NCBI RefSeq assembly: GCF_009914755.1
Contig: NC_060928.1
Source of the DNA: the human T2T-CHM13v2.0 reference genome, Homo sapiens
Reading direction: 5' to 3' (one strand)
DNA: 64,000 nt
The position numbers and the translations under genes were made by a program. Of the stretch, positions 1-14,501 are shown piece by piece. How positions within the stretch are numbered: the first letter of the stretch is position 1; the number at the start of each line of letters is the position of its first letter. The notes under the pieces were generated by a model that was not told the DNA's origin, ran no database searches, and saw only the letters and a program-made list of their open reading frames with translations.

Positions 1-1585
1 TATTAAATTTTATCTCAAAATATTTCAATTGTTTTCCTTAATGTTTTTTATTGGATTTATTTTTTTAATCTTATTAAGCTTACTTGTGCTGTAAAGGAGA
101 AAATACGTTGCTTGTATGACCACTATCATCAACAATTACATATTTAATATGTTATATGTCCTTAGGCAGTTGAAGATGCTAATAAGGGATGGACTGACAA
201 CATGACCTGTCTACTCATCTATTCCCTAATCAACATGTCATGTTTTCTCCACAGATCAAATAAGATGATTCAGAAAGAAGACTTTCTTTGTCAACTTTTA
301 TGACAAACTAGAATATATGATTTTGTATTATCTTTTTTTTCCTTCTCTGGACTCTAGGGAAGATGGATATTGAATTGACAAGACATGCACTTTAGGGATC
401 AAGGCATAACTAAGCTGGATTATATACCTCTGGAGAGTACTTTGATTATACAATTTGATTACCTTTCAACTTGAATCTCCCAATCCACATGTTATCTAAA
501 TTAATCTTTCCTGATGGGCAGCTCATTTGGATTTAATCCCACTGTTTATACTGCCAAAGTCACATATTTGAAACACTTCAGGGTTTTAAGTTTCCAATTA
601 TTAATGATATCTTGAAAAATCTTAGAACTCCTTTCTTTTTCTACAACTAAAAGCCGTTATATAAAATGGCCTCATTCTGAGGCTTATTAATTTACAAGAT
701 TTTCACTAATTGATACATTCAACAATGAATAGGCCATTTATATCCTGAATATGCCCAGACTAAGTTTAATCTTGAGAATTATAAATTGCTATTCTTTCAA
801 CTGTTATTTATTGTGTAATAACTACATTTCATGCATTGTTCTTTCCGGCTTCTTTTGAAATGTTTTAATTAGATCACAATAAAATTGTTTAAATTAAATT
901 TAAGAGATCTCTTAGCCATTTTTTAATAAGAGTCATTTGAAATAAAGATCTTAGGATATAAAATTCTAACCAACATACTCCTCTCCTCTTGTCAGGTTTT
1001 GCAAGCATACATATTCAGGTAAACTGGGGTCTCAACCGCAGGGATATTAAGTCCTTGGAGAGCTGGAGAACTGACATACTCTCTAAGTGATTTCCACTCT
1101 CAAATACACAGAGAGAAGTCAAGGACCTTAAGTAAAAGTTACTGTTCAATTTCCATCTCATGAGAGGATGTTAATAGATGTATCCACTGCATAAGAGTTT
1201 GCAATCCAAATATAGACTATTTTTCTATGCTTTGAGTACTTCAGCTAATCTTCACCATTGTCTACTTCATGCTCATTTTATTGAGGTCTAAATATTCTAT
1301 GAGGGTTACCATGCAATAGCTAAGAGACATCATAGATGAACATTCTATTTATTTATTCTCTAAATTATTTTTGTAGTAAAAAACTTTTTTATAGTATCTT
1401 AAGATTATAGAAAATTTGTCAGAAAACACAATGCTAGATAAATTTCAAAACATTTCTAATAAAAATTTTATTTAGAGTTTTGCCAAGACAAAAAATTCAG
1501 AGGAGTACATTAGGTCTTAAGAATATTGCACATGAAATATATAATTTACATAGAAAAACAGAACAAATGGTTTTATTCCAATAGC

Positions 1586-2092
1586 TGTTGGGAACAGTCC
1601 CCCAAATCTGGCCATAAACAGGCCCCAAAACTGGCCTTAAACAAAATCTCTGCAGCACTGTGACATGCTCGTAATGGCCATGACGCCCATGCTGAAGGTT
1701 GTGGGTTTACTGGAATGAGGGCAAGGAACACCTGGCCCACCCAGGGCTGAAAACTGCTTAAGGTGTTCCTAAGCCACAAACAATAGCATGAGCGACCTGT
1801 GCCTTAAGGACATGTTCCTGCTGCAAATACCTAGCCAAACCCATCCCTTTGTTTCAGCCCTTCCCTTTGTTTCCCTAAGGAATGATTTTAGTTAATCTGT
1901 AATCTATAGAAACAATGCTTATCACTGGCTTGCTCTCAATAAATATGTGGGTAAGACTTTGTTAGTGGCTCTCAGCTCTGAAGGCTGTCAGCCCCCTGAT
2001 TTCCCATTCCACACTCTATATTTATGTGTGCGTGTCTTTAATTCCTCTAGCACCACTGGGTTAGGGTCTCCATGACCAAGCTGGTCTCAGCA
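1586..2092 (+). mobile_element. MER9 solo LTR (HERV-K9/HML-3)
   Basis: TG...CA ends; starts TGTTGGGAACAGTCCCCCAAATCTGGCCATAAAC, ends GGTCTCAGCA; AATAAA at 1938; 6 bp TSD AATAGC at 1580-1585 and 2093-2098. Confidence 0.92.
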
Positions 2093-2177
2093 AATAGCCT
2101 CATCCCAATTTGTTGAAAAGTTTGGAAGAGATGATGCATGTAGGTTTGTTTCCATAGAAAAAAAAAGTGGTAAGATG

Positions 2178-2453
2178 CAGCCGGGCACTGTGGCTCATGC
2201 CTGTAATCCCAGCATTTTGGGAGTCCGAGGCAGGCAGATGGCCTGAGGCCAGGAGTTCAAGGCTGGCGAAACCCTGTCTGTACTCAAAATACAAAAAATT
2301 AGCTAAGAGTGGTGGTGGGCACCTGTAATCCCAGCTACTTGGGAGGCTGAGGCTGAGGCTGGAGAATTACTTGAATCTGGGAGGTAGAGGCTGTGGTGAG
2401 CCGAGATTGTGCCATTGATTTCCAGCCTGGGCAACAAGAGCAAAACTCCATCT

Positions 2454-2486
<33 letters not shown>

Positions 2487-2499
2487 AAAAGAAAAAAAA
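2178..2499 (+). mobile_element. Alu (AluS-like)
   Basis: Dimeric Alu with A-rich linker and ~45 nt A tail; small deletion in left arm; GGCTGA duplicated. Confidence 0.95.
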
Positions 2500-3109
2500 G
2501 ATCCAATCAAACATCTCATTCCAAATAAAATCCAGTAGGCTTCTCAACACCAAAAATTTACCTTGTTAGAGTCTCTTCGATTTCAGACTCTATCCAATGT
2601 CATTCTGTTTATTTTTATTTGCTCAGTTAATGACAAATCTGCTATTCATGCATGTTTCAAATGTCATATTGATATACAGATATATAATTTTATAGCATCA
2701 TTGTGTGTTGAATTTAGAAGGTACCTTTGATAGGATTCTTTCTAATCTTTCCCTATGTTCATTGAAGACATTAATTTTGAAGGAAGGTTTTCTTCATGTA
2801 ACACTTTGCTCTTCAAGGTTTTTAGTATCAATGGCATAAACATATATTGTTACAAACTTGAACATATGAGTCTCCATGATAGTAAACCAACTCAACAAAA
2901 ATATCACTCTGAAAATATTTGTGTCCAATAATCCTAAAGTCTAAAAGTTTCAATTCACCAATTTATCTAATAAAGCACTAGATGAATAGAATTTTGGAAG
3001 TAGTAGCCTGAGGCCTAGGTTAAAATGTCAATCTTTAATTTCTTATTTTATTTTTTTTTGACTGTTATCTCTTTTCTGGAGGAACTACTTTGATAATCAA
3101 GGGTCTTAA

Positions 3110-3355
3110 TGGTCAGAGCAGTTATATGTTCAACTCTTAAGCTATGAAATTAAGTCATCAATGCAGATCCCCAGTTTAAGCAATTACTACAATTGGGGCA
3201 TTTGTTACATCACTTAATTTCTTACACCTCAGTTTAATCAGCTGACAAATGGATTGGATAATAACACTTACCTCATAAATGTATTATAAGGAATAAACAC
3301 TTAAAAGTGTCCAGCATGGATTAGTAAAGACTCATTAAATGTTAGCTATGATTAA
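3110..3355 (+). mobile_element. MIR SINE (degenerate)
   Basis: Core CACTTAATTTCTTACACCTCAGTTT...AAATGG...ATAATAACACTTACCTCATA and 3' TAAATGTTAGCTAT; ends approximate. Confidence 0.7.
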
Positions 3356-4489
3356 TACTTATATTTTATTTAAATAGACCTGGGACATTGCATACACAAT
3401 GAAGCCTATATAAATCTTTATGTTTCTCTTTTTGCCTTGGCTACCGGGAGGTGAAATTTTTTTAAATTATAGCAACTCAGTTCGATGCTATAGATGAGAC
3501 TTAATTTTTTAAGCTACTGGGCATTGTATAAGTCTCTTTTTTAAGAAAAATTAATTCTCTGATTGTCCCTAGTCAGAGTTTTGAGGTAAGTCACACTGTG
3601 GTTGCAAACTGATGCTGGGACGAAGAGTAGAGGCTGAAACAGTGGCACATTGTTTGGGGAAAAGCCAAAGCAGAGGAGACATGATTTGAGGTAGTGCCCA
3701 AGGTCTCAGCAAGAACAAGCTGAATTTTAACCATCAGGAAAATATTGTACTCTCATGAATTATTTTTTTTAAATCAAAAAGAGTCAGAAATCCAGTAGAA
3801 ACTGGGATTCATTGAAAAGTGAAAAGAAGTAAGAGTAAAGAAAATGGTTTTAAACATTTGCTGTACTGTGAATTATAATGGAGGCTTGAGACTCCTTTTA
3901 TTAATAGCCTACTTTGCAGCATATAAAGAGATCGTTTTACTCAAATATTAATCATTGTGTACCTAATGTCAAATTTTATTCTCACTACCCCTCTATCAAT
4001 TCCGTGCCCTCTTTGAATGGGTTAGGCATTATCTTTACATATAACCTGTGATTCAAGAATTATATTATAGCCAGACCTTTTACTTTAAATCAACTATAAG
4101 CTATTTAAAACGTAGGCTTGGTATAAATAATAAAGTAAAATAAAATTAAGTTAGCCGTGTTACATAGCCACGAAAAAGCTAATGTAAATTCTCAGCATAG
4201 TAGATTGGTAGCATCAATAGTAGAAACTGTTTATTTTCTACCAGTTAGACCACAAATAAATTAATGAAGTCATTTATGGACAATGTATTTTCAATAAGAC
4301 AATGTTAAGCTAGAAATGATATGCTATAAAAAGTAGGCTAGCGGGTTTTATAATATTGCCATATGTAAATCGTTGATGTACCTGAGGCAGAGACAACTAA
4401 ATAGATAGTTAGAGGCTCTTTGGGAGGCAGCTTGAATATTCAAGATAGTATTAATGTATTGCAATGGTAAAGAGAAGAAAAGTGCTGCA

Positions 4490-4732
4490 AGGGTCTTAGA
4501 GCGAGGCAGCCTAGGTGAGCATTCTAGGGCTGTCACCAACTTTTGCCTAATCCTGGGCAAGTCACTTCATTATCCTGAGCTTTGGTTTATTGAACTGTAA
4601 AATGAGGAGAGTAAAATAATGGCTAACTCACAGCACGATATAAGAATGAAATATCTTTATATATGTTTTAATATATAATTATTTGAAAGTTCATATGAGC
4701 AGTACTCAATGCATACCATTTATTATTATTCA
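4490..4732 (+). mobile_element. MIR SINE
   Basis: CCTGGGCAAGTCACTT...CTGTAAAATGAGGA core; ends approximate. Confidence 0.75.
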
Positions 4733-5048
4733 ATTTTAGTCAGGGATGCTGTTGAGTCACTTGCGGTAAACAGTTTAAATATTATCTAAGTTGTATCTTT
4801 TTGTAGATATTATGATGGGAAATTTCTAAAATTGTAATAAGAAAGAGACAGAAATTTGAATAACAGAGGCTTGATATTTGATAATTTGTTTCCCCAAGAC
4901 TAGCCAAGCAGGGAAAATTCCAGGTATTCTGGCAACTCAGAAGGGGAATGTGGAATTTTCTGATTGAGTGAATAGGCATTAATATCATAGAGAACTGCCA
5001 AATGTAAAAATCAGGCATATTACTGAAAACAGAAATTCAGAATATTGT

Positions 5049-5118
5049 CACTGGTTCTTGACCTTGAATACATACTAGTTATCATTGGGGAAGTTTTCAA
5101 GAAACACACATACACACA

Positions 5119-5155
<37 letters not shown>

Positions 5156-5256
5156 TGGCTTAACTTCTACCATCCAGAATTTTGAATTTATTTTTCAGGA
5201 ATGAAATCTGTGAAAGTGTGTATCCATCTTTACAATTAGATTTGAAAACCACTAGA
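5049..5256. mobile_element. MER5-like hAT-Charlie MITE
   Basis: Terminal CTGGTTCTTGACC and TTGAAAACCACTAG resemble MER5 TIRs; contains a (CA)n tract. Confidence 0.5.
5104..5154. repeat. (CA)n microsatellite
   Basis: About 25 CA units with two TA interruptions. Confidence 0.97.
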
Positions 5257-5440
5257 CTATGTCAAAGAGAAATTTGAATTTAGTGAGACACAGAAGATGA
5301 CGAGAAGCAGAAAGAGAAGAGCTTGAAGTTGTGTCCTTTATTATTATTATTATTATTAATAATAGAATTTAGTTCTAGAGCAATTATGAATAAAGCTGCT
5401 ATAAATATTTGGGCGTAGGCTTTTTATGGACATAAGTTTT

Positions 5441-5695
5441 TTTATTATTATACTTAAGTGTTAGGGTACATGTGCACAACGTGCAGGTTTTTTACATATG
5501 TGTACATGTGCCATGTTGGTGTGCTGCACCCATTAACTCGTCATTTAAAATTAGGTATATCTCCTAATGCTATCCCTCCCCCCTCCCCCCACCCCACAAC
5601 ACACCCTGGTGTGTGATGTTCCCCTTCCTGTGTCCATGTGTTCTCATCGTTCAATTCCCACCTATGAGTGAGAACATGCGGTGTTTGGTTTTTTG
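5441..5695 (-). mobile_element. 5'-truncated L1PA (PA3/PA4-like) 3' UTR
   Basis: Antisense L1 3' end GGGTACATGTGCACAACGTGCAGG; perfect 15 bp TSD ATGGACATAAGTTTT at 5426-5440 and 5696-5710. Confidence 0.93.
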
Positions 5696-7073
5696 ATGGA
5701 CATAAGTTTTAAACTCCTCCTGGTAAATACCAAAGAGCACAATAGTTGGATCATGTAGTAAGAGGATATTTCATTTTGTAAGAAACTGACAACCTGTCTT
5801 CTATAGTGGTTGTTCTATTTTGCTTTCTCATCAGCAGTGAATGAAATTTCCTGTTACTCCACATCCTTAACAGCATTTAGTGTTTTGGATTTTGGTAATT
5901 ATAATAGGTGTGTAATGGTATTTTATTGTTGAATTTGCATTACCCTAATGACATATAATGTGGAGCATCTTTTCTTATGCCTATATGCTATTCTCTCTAC
6001 ATTTTTGTTGCAGTGTCTGTTAAGGTGTTTGGTCCATTTTTTGGTTAGGTTGTTTGTTTTCCCATTGTTGAGCTTTAAGAGTTATTTGTATATTTTGGAA
6101 AATAGTCCTTATTAGATGTGTCTCTGGCAAATATTATCTCCCAGTCTGGAGGGTGTCTTTTTAATATCTTTCACTAAACATAAATCTTAATGAAGTCCAG
6201 CATATCATTTCTTTCTTTCATGGATCATGCTGTTGATGTTTTATCTAAAATGTTATCACCAAATCCAATGTCATGTAGGTTTTATCTTGTATTATATTCA
6301 GATTTATAGTTTTATATTGTACATTTAGATCTGTGATTCATTTTGTGTTAATTTTTTGAGAGTGTAAAGTCTGTATCTGAATTCTTTTTTTGCATGTGAA
6401 TGCCCAGCCATTCCAGTTTCATTTGTCAAAAACACTACCTTTCCTTCATTTTGTTGCTTTTGTGCCTTTCTAAAAGTTCAATTGACTATATTTTTGTAGG
6501 TTGATTTTTGTGTTCTGTATTTTGTTCCACAGATTTATTTGTCTATACCTATACCGATGCCACACTGTTTTTATTACTGTAGCTTTATAGTACATCTTGA
6601 GATGACATAGAATTAGTCCTCCAATATTTTTCTTTTTTAATACAGTATTGGCTATTATAATAACTTATTATTTGCCTCTCCATATAAACTTTAGAATCAG
6701 ACTGTTGATATCCACAAAATAACTTGCAGGGATTTTAATTGGTCAAATCAGGAAAAACTTAACCTTGACAATCTTGAATCTTCCTATACATGGACCTAGA
6801 AATCTCTGAATTGGTTAGTTGTAATTTGATTCCTTTTACCAGAGTTTTGTAGTTTTCCTCATATAGATATAACACATATTTTGTTAGGTTCTTATCATAG
6901 TATTTATTTTTGGAGATATGCTAATGTAAGTGATATTCCATTTTTAGTCTCTAATTCTAATTGTACATTGATGGTATATAGGAAAGTGGTGGACTTTTGT
7001 AAATTAACCTGGTATCCTGTAATCTTAATATAATTGCTTATTAGCTCTAAGGCTTTGTTGTTGTTGATGATGA

Positions 7074-7378
<305 letters not shown>

Positions 7379-7959
7379 CAGATATATATATTTTTTTTAC
7401 ATAGACACTGACATCTATGAACAAAGACAGTTTTGTTTCTTTCTTACCAATTAGTATACCCCTTTTCTTCTCGTATTGCATCATTTAGGACTTCCAGAAT
7501 TATACTGAAAAGGAATGGTAAAAAAAAAGACATTTTTGCGTTATTAGTGATCTTGGTGGGAAACATGTTAGTCTGTCATCATTATTCATGCTCTTAGCTG
7601 TAGGTTTCTTTTGTAAATATTCTTTAACAAACTGATGTAATTCCAGTCTATTAATCAATGTCTTTTATTGATCTAGTCAGTAAATATATTTTCAGGCCTA
7701 TTTTATGTCAAAAAGCAATGTAGTCATTACAGATACAATGATGAGGAAAAGCACATTTTGCCTTGTTCCTCTAAGAGAGGCAAACATTAGAGTAATAAGG
7801 CACAGCCCAAATGGCAGTAATGCCTAAATAGAGAAGTACATGCTACTCTAGCACCTAATAACATCTGAATAATCTGAGGTGTTCAAAGAAAGTTTTTCTG
7901 AGAAAATAGGTTTTCTATGGACTTCATCTGAAGAGCAAAGAGAAACCATTGTTTAACCC

Positions 7960-8466
7960 ATAATCATGAAGAATAAACCAGAAGGCAATATCAGTAGCTG
8001 AGGATCCCATTTAAAAACACTCAAGATCTGTAGTCAGCAAGCTGAAGGCCCAGGGAGGCTGGTGGTGTAGCTATAGTCCAAGTCTGAAAGCCTGAGAACC
8101 AAGAGAGTTACAGGTGTAAGTTGCAGCCTGAAAGTTGGCAGGTTCAAGATAAGAGAACTAACGTTTCACTTTGAGTCCGAAGACTGGAAACAACTGATGT
8201 CCCAGTTCAAAAGCTGTTAAGCAAGGAGAATTCCCTCTTACTCAGCCCTTTTGTTCTATGGATCCTCAATTGATTGGATAAGGTTTACTCACATTAGGGA
8301 GTACAATCCACTTTACTTTCTCTACCAATTCAAATGTTAATCTCATCCAGAAACATTCTCACAGACACGCTCAGAGTAATGTTAGTCTAACTGTCTGGGC
8401 ACCCATGTAAGTAAAGGAAAAATTTTATGTGTCAGTAAAGATGACACATAAAATTAGCCATCATAC
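7960..8466 (-). mobile_element. MLT2 (ERVL) LTR
   Basis: Reverse complement of the MLT2 start (TGATGGCTAATTTTATGTGTCA) and TTCAAATGTTAATCTCATCCAGAAACA; left end approximate. Confidence 0.85.
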
Positions 8467-10299
8467 AGGTTTATTGCCTTTCATGCATGAATGCAGAATC
8501 TCATTCTCTCTCCATCTCCTGCCTCTTTCTCTATTTATTTCCACCTCACCATTTTTTATAGAAGTGTTTGTGTTGACAATTAAGTGAAAGTTTTTCTTGT
8601 TTATGCCTTAGGTCAGAAATAGTTCAATTCATTCTAACTACATTAAAAGTATAACTTGCATAAGAATTATAAGGAAATAAACTCCAACAATTTATTTTAT
8701 TGGTGAGAAGAGAAATGTGAGAGAATAAAGCCTTTTATTTGTATTGTCATTAGTAGAAAAATATTATTTAATTAATTAATAGTAAATAATTGCATTATTT
8801 AGAAAACAAATAACATATATTAACTGTCTTCTAAATTGGCTAGAATGTCACAGAGTGTGATATTTTGCAGTGACTATAACACCAAAAGTACTAGCTTGGA
8901 AGTCATCATGAAACATAAACATATATATAACTCACTCCATAAATGGCTATTTCATAATGTCTCTCGTTATTAAATAAGTGATTTTATCTTGAGTAGAACA
9001 GAATGGTCAAAATTCCATTACAATTTTATTATTCTCCATAAATAAATATAAACTCACTACACTCTCTACCTCCCATTGCCATACTTTTATATTTAGAAAA
9101 AACTATCTCGTAGCCTAAGTTGTGTTAATCAGGCACTTATTATACAAGGTTATACTTCTAAATAAAAGATTCACTTAAAATAGCTAACTCTGGTCATTTT
9201 AAGTCGGTTGGTAGAGTTATATTTTGTTATATGTCTGTTTCTATGGGAATCACCACTTATTCAGTGCACTCAAATATGGTGTGGATAAGCAGAATTTTGG
9301 GAAACGTAATTTTTAATCTCAGATGGCTGAACATTTGTCTCACATGAGTTATGTAACAGAGCAGAAATACAGAAAAGCAATCCATGGACTATAAACACAA
9401 GCACTCTACTCATTGCCAAAGGCTGAAAACAAGTGTATCTCTAGTGGAAGCACAAAAAGAATATATAATGAGGAAATTAATGAACACGGAAGATGGAAAA
9501 CCTTTTTTTTTCCCTAAAATGTATGAGTTAGTGAGCTGATTTAATTCTTACCCTATTAAATAAAATCACCCCTTTTATTATTATTAATTCAGTAGGCTCT
9601 ACCTTGGAGAAAGACAGACACATTTATTTAATAGTTTATAGGAACTCCATTTTTCTCTTTTGTGAGAGTAAAATGAGTATATTTTTACTGCTGCTCTTGG
9701 TCTCTGTATTAAAATTATATGTAAAACAGCTTAGAAATACCTTGATTTTGAATCCATGATTTATACACAGTGATATATTCTTAGATGCAGAAATGAGGGA
9801 TTTCTAGATCATAACCTAACAGCATAATGATGCAATCTAAAATCTTCAAAGGGTAACTGAATTTTCAATTTGGAAAATATTTTCAAATTCATGCAATTGA
9901 AGACGCTACATTTCAGCTCATCTGGTAACAAATACCTTCTCTCTTCCTCAAGCCTCAGATACCTTCTCTGTTCCTCAAGCATTTATTGAAGGTTTTCATA
10001 GGTATAAAGCTGTAACTGGTGCTTTAACAAAAATGTTTGCATGAAATAAATAGAAACCATGGTTTTTAATTTCAGGGAGCATGGAACTTACTTTTAAAGA
10101 CAATAAAAACGACCAAAAATAATACTACTTGCTAAATACTATACTGTTTGAGGATGTTTTAAAGTAAAAATATTTATATAATTTGATAACCTCAACAATA
10201 ATAACTCCCAAATTAAAAGAATCTTTCACTGACTTGAACATAAAACCTTCAATTATTTGTGTTTTTAAATAGTTGTTTTTCTCAAATGTATAAGATGTC

Positions 10300-10760
10300 T
10301 TATAGATCTTTTAATTTAACAAGTAAAAGAATGTAAAAACACAGCTGTTATCTTGATACATGCTAAAATATATTTGATAAAGTTTCATCTCTATTCCTAA
10401 TTTTTTTATTAAATTGTTATGTTTCACATACTGAAACACAATTTTATCAAACCAATAGTTTATACTACACATAATGTTGGTATATTGGAGAAATTAGGAA
10501 TAGACAAATATATTGCAATGGGTGTCACCATTATTTAAATATATTCCTTGGTTTTCGCTCGCACAATATTACATAAAAACAATATAAAGATAGTATCTAT
10601 TGAAAGAGAAAAGTTTTTTTTCAGACAGTCTTGACAGACCATATATTTGCCTACCTAAAAAACACAAAGCAATAATTAATGAAAGGTATTAGAACTTATG
10701 AAAGATATTAGAATTAATAAAATCATTCCTTAAGCAAAATAAATTTACATAAATTAACAC
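10300..10760 (+). mobile_element. Ancient L1ME-like ORF2 fragment
   Basis: Degenerate RT-region motifs (ATATTTGATAAA, CACCATTATTTAAAT, TATTAGAACTTAT). Confidence 0.5.
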
Positions 10761-10968
10761 AGTTATGACTATTTGTCTCTTGCTGCACAACAAACTATTC
10801 CAAAATTTAGTGATTTAAAACAACATGTAATCTCACAATGTCTCTATATCAGAAATACAGGAAGTATTTAGGTAGGTGATTACTCCTCACGGTCTCTTAA
10901 GATGTTGCAGTCAAGCCATCAGCCTGGTTTACAGCCAAATCAAGACTACACACTCAAGTTGAAGTATA

Positions 10969-12917
10969 CAGGAATAACCCAGATAATTATGAATTTACTT
11001 CCCGACCCCTACAATAAAGCAGTATCAATTAAGCATATGATAATCTAAATACAGCAAGTCAAACAAATGTAGTTTATTGTCAACAGCATTACATCTAAAA
11101 AAAGTATATACCTTGAATATTAAATATCTTATTGTTAAAAATGTTAGCAATCATTGAAGTCTTCAGCCTGTCATAAGCTTTTTGCTCTTGGAAGATCGTG
11201 CCTTGATGTTTATGGCTTCTCACTTATCAGGATGGTGGTTGCTGAAGGTTGGGGTGGCTGTGGTAGTTTAACTCTTAAACTACGACAAATGTGAAAGTTT
11301 GGCATCTATTAACTCTTCCTTTCCCAAATGATTTATCTGTGGCATGTAATGCTGTTTGATACCATTTTACTCACAGTACAACTTCTTCTAAAATTGCAGT
11401 CAATTGTATCAAACTCTGCTGTTGATTTATCAACAAAGTTTACATATTATTCTAAGTAATTTGTTGTCATTTTAACAATATTCACAGCACCTTCAAGTGG
11501 AGTAGATTCTATCTGAACAAGTCACTTGCTTTGCTCATCCATAAGAAATCACTCCTCTTCTGTTAAAGTTATACATTCTGTATATTTGACTCACATGAGT
11601 CATGTAATGAATGTTCAGGCTCCACATCTAATGTGAGTTCTTTTGCTATTTCCACTATATCTGCAGTTCCTACCTCTAGTGAAGTTTGGAACCCTTCAAA
11701 GTCTATGACGGTTGGAATCAACTTCTTTTAATCTCCATTAATATTAATATTGTGACTTTCTCCTATGAATCATGAATGTTCTTATGGCATCTAGAATGGT
11801 GAATCCTTTTCAGAAGGTTTATCAAATTATATGGCTCAGATTTATTATAGGAATCTCTATCTATGGCAGTCTTGTGAAATGTATTTCTCAAATAATAAAA
11901 CTTGAAAGTCAAAATTACCACTTGATCCATGGACTGCAGAGTGGGAGTTGTGTCAGCAGGTATAAAAGCAGCATTAATCACCTATACATCTTTATTAGAG
12001 CTGTCAGATAAACAGGTGCATTGCCAATGAGCAGTAATATTTTCAAGGTAAAGCAGTTCGATGTTATAGAGATGCTTATTTCCTTAAACCTCATGTACTA
12101 AACTCTGCTGACATCAAACTTTTCTTCTGCAGCTTCCTTACCTCTCTCAGCCTTCATAGAATTGAAGAGAGTTAGAACCTTTTTCTGAATTAAGCTCTGG
12201 CTTAAAGGAATGCTGTGGCTGGTTTGATCTTTTATTCAGACCACAAGAACTTTCTCCATATCAGAAATAAGGCAGTTTCACTTCCTTATCATTCATGAGT
12301 TCAATGAAGTAGCACTTTTAATTTCCTTAAAGAATCTATTATTTGTATTCACAACGTTGCACTCACTGTTTGGCACAAGAGGCCTGGATTTCAGCCTATC
12401 TAGGCTCTCAACATGCTTTCCTCACTAATCTTAATCATTTTTAACTTTTTATTGAAGTAAGACATGTGTGATTCTTCCTTTCACTTGAACACATAAAGGC
12501 CATTGTAGGGTTATTGATTGGTCTAATTGTAATATTATTTTGTCCCAAGGAATAGGGAGGAGAGGGGAGTAGACAGGAGACCCATAAGTTGGTAGAGCAG
12601 TCTGAACACACACAACATTTACCAATTAAGTTCACCATATTTTATGGGTGTGGATCGTGGTGCCCCAAAACAGTTACAATAGTAACACTAAAGATCCTTG
12701 ATCATAGATCATCATAACAGATGCAATAATAATGAAAAATGGAAAATATTATAGAATTACCAAAATGTGACACAGAGACACAAAGTGAGCTCATGCTGTT
12801 GGAAAAATAATGTCAATAGACTGATTTAATGCAGGGTTGCCACAAACCTTCAATTTGTAAAAAATATAATATCTGTAAAGTACAATAAAGTGAAGTGCAA
12901 AAAGATAAGGTAGGTCC
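10969..12917 (-). mobile_element. Tigger1 DNA transposon with internal deletion
   Basis: TA followed by CAGGAATA TIR remnant; transposase remnant ORF 11763-11981 (TTPTLQSMDQVVILTFKFYYLRNTFHK); about 430 bp missing near 12050 relative to the copy at 51.4-54.4 kb. Confidence 0.92.
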
Positions 12918-13049
12918 AATTTCCAAACTCAGAAGTGTGGTTCTTCATAGGTCTCAGTTCTTCTCTGGCTGATTTAGAGAGACACAGAGAGATGGAGAAG
13001 CAGACAGCTCAAGATAGGATTCACAGTCCAAATCCATCTCAGAAGTGAT

Positions 13050-13405
13050 TGTATTAGTTTGCTCTCACACTGCTCATAAAGACATACCCGAGATTGGATA
13101 ATTTATAGAGAAAACAGGCTTAATGAACTCACAGTTCCACATGACTGGGGAGGCCTCACAACCATGGGAGATGGCAAAGGACAAGCAAAGGCACATCTTA
13201 CATGGTGGCATGCAAGAGAGCTTGTGCAGGGGACCTCCCAATTATAAAAGCATCAGATCTCATGAGACTTATTCACTGCCATGAGAACAGTGTGGGGGAA
13301 ACTGCCCCCATGATTCAATTATCTCCACCTAACCCCACCCTTGACTTGTGGGTATTATTACAATTTGAGGTAAGATTTTGGTGGGGACACAGCCAAACCA
13401 TATCA
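13050..13405 (-). mobile_element. THE1 (THE1B-like) solo LTR
   Basis: TGTATTAG...GGGACACAGCCAAACCATATCA, 356 bp; TSD GTGAT/GTGAC. Confidence 0.92.
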
Positions 13406-14220
13406 GTGACACACCAGAATGTTTGTCATATGTCATTGGACATACAGGTTAATTGTGGAACAATGTGGTAGAATGCTATGTACGTGTTAATAACAGGAGT
13501 TAGAGATCATTGCTATTTATCTTGGAGGCTATAGAGAAAGTAAAGAACAAAGTTATAATCAAAAGAGTGTGGTATTGTCTTTAAAAAAAAGCATATAGAT
13601 CAACAGACAAGAATAGAGGAACAGAAATAAACCCACACATAAACAGTCAATGGATCTTCGACAAGAGTGTCATGAATAAACAAGGAAAAAAGATTATTCA
13701 ATAAATTATGTTAAGAAAAGTGGATATTCACATGCAAAATAATGAAATTGGACACTTATCTTAAACCATATCCAAAAATTAATTCAAAATGAACTAATAA
13801 ATGTAATGCCTGAAACAGTAAAAGAAAACATGGGAAAAACATAGGGCAAAAGCTTCTTGACATTGGTTTTGACAGTTACTTCTTAGATATGACACCCAAA
13901 GCACAGGCTGTGATGCAAAATTAGACACATGAGGACATATTAGACTAAATATTTCCTGTACATCAATGGAAACAACTAAAAAAATAAAATGGCAATCAAT
14001 GGAATGGGAGAAGATATTGGAAAACTGTATATCTGATAGAGGGTTAATATCCAAAATATATAAGCAACTCCTGCAATAGCCAAAACAAAACAAAACTGAT
14101 TTAAAAATGAGCAAAATATTCTAACAGACATTTTTTTAAAGAAGACTGACAGAAGGCCAATTTATACAAAAAGGTGATTGACATCACTAGCTATCAGAGA
14201 AATTCAAATCAAAAACATGA

Positions 14221-14501
<281 letters not shown>

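Larger units (their letters stand above)
10768..13532 (-). mobile_element. MLT1 (MaLR) LTR split by Tigger1 and THE1
   Basis: Pieces at about 10768-10966, 12918-13049 and 13406-13532 with MLT1 motifs (TGCTGCACAACAAACTATTCCAAAATTTAGTGATTTAAAACAAC; ATCTTGGAGGCT). Confidence 0.7.

Noticed and set aside
241-410. Possible splice acceptors at 254 and 357
   Set aside because: No convincing donor or open frame follows
9932-9980. 22 bp direct repeat
   Set aside because: Ordinary slippage duplication
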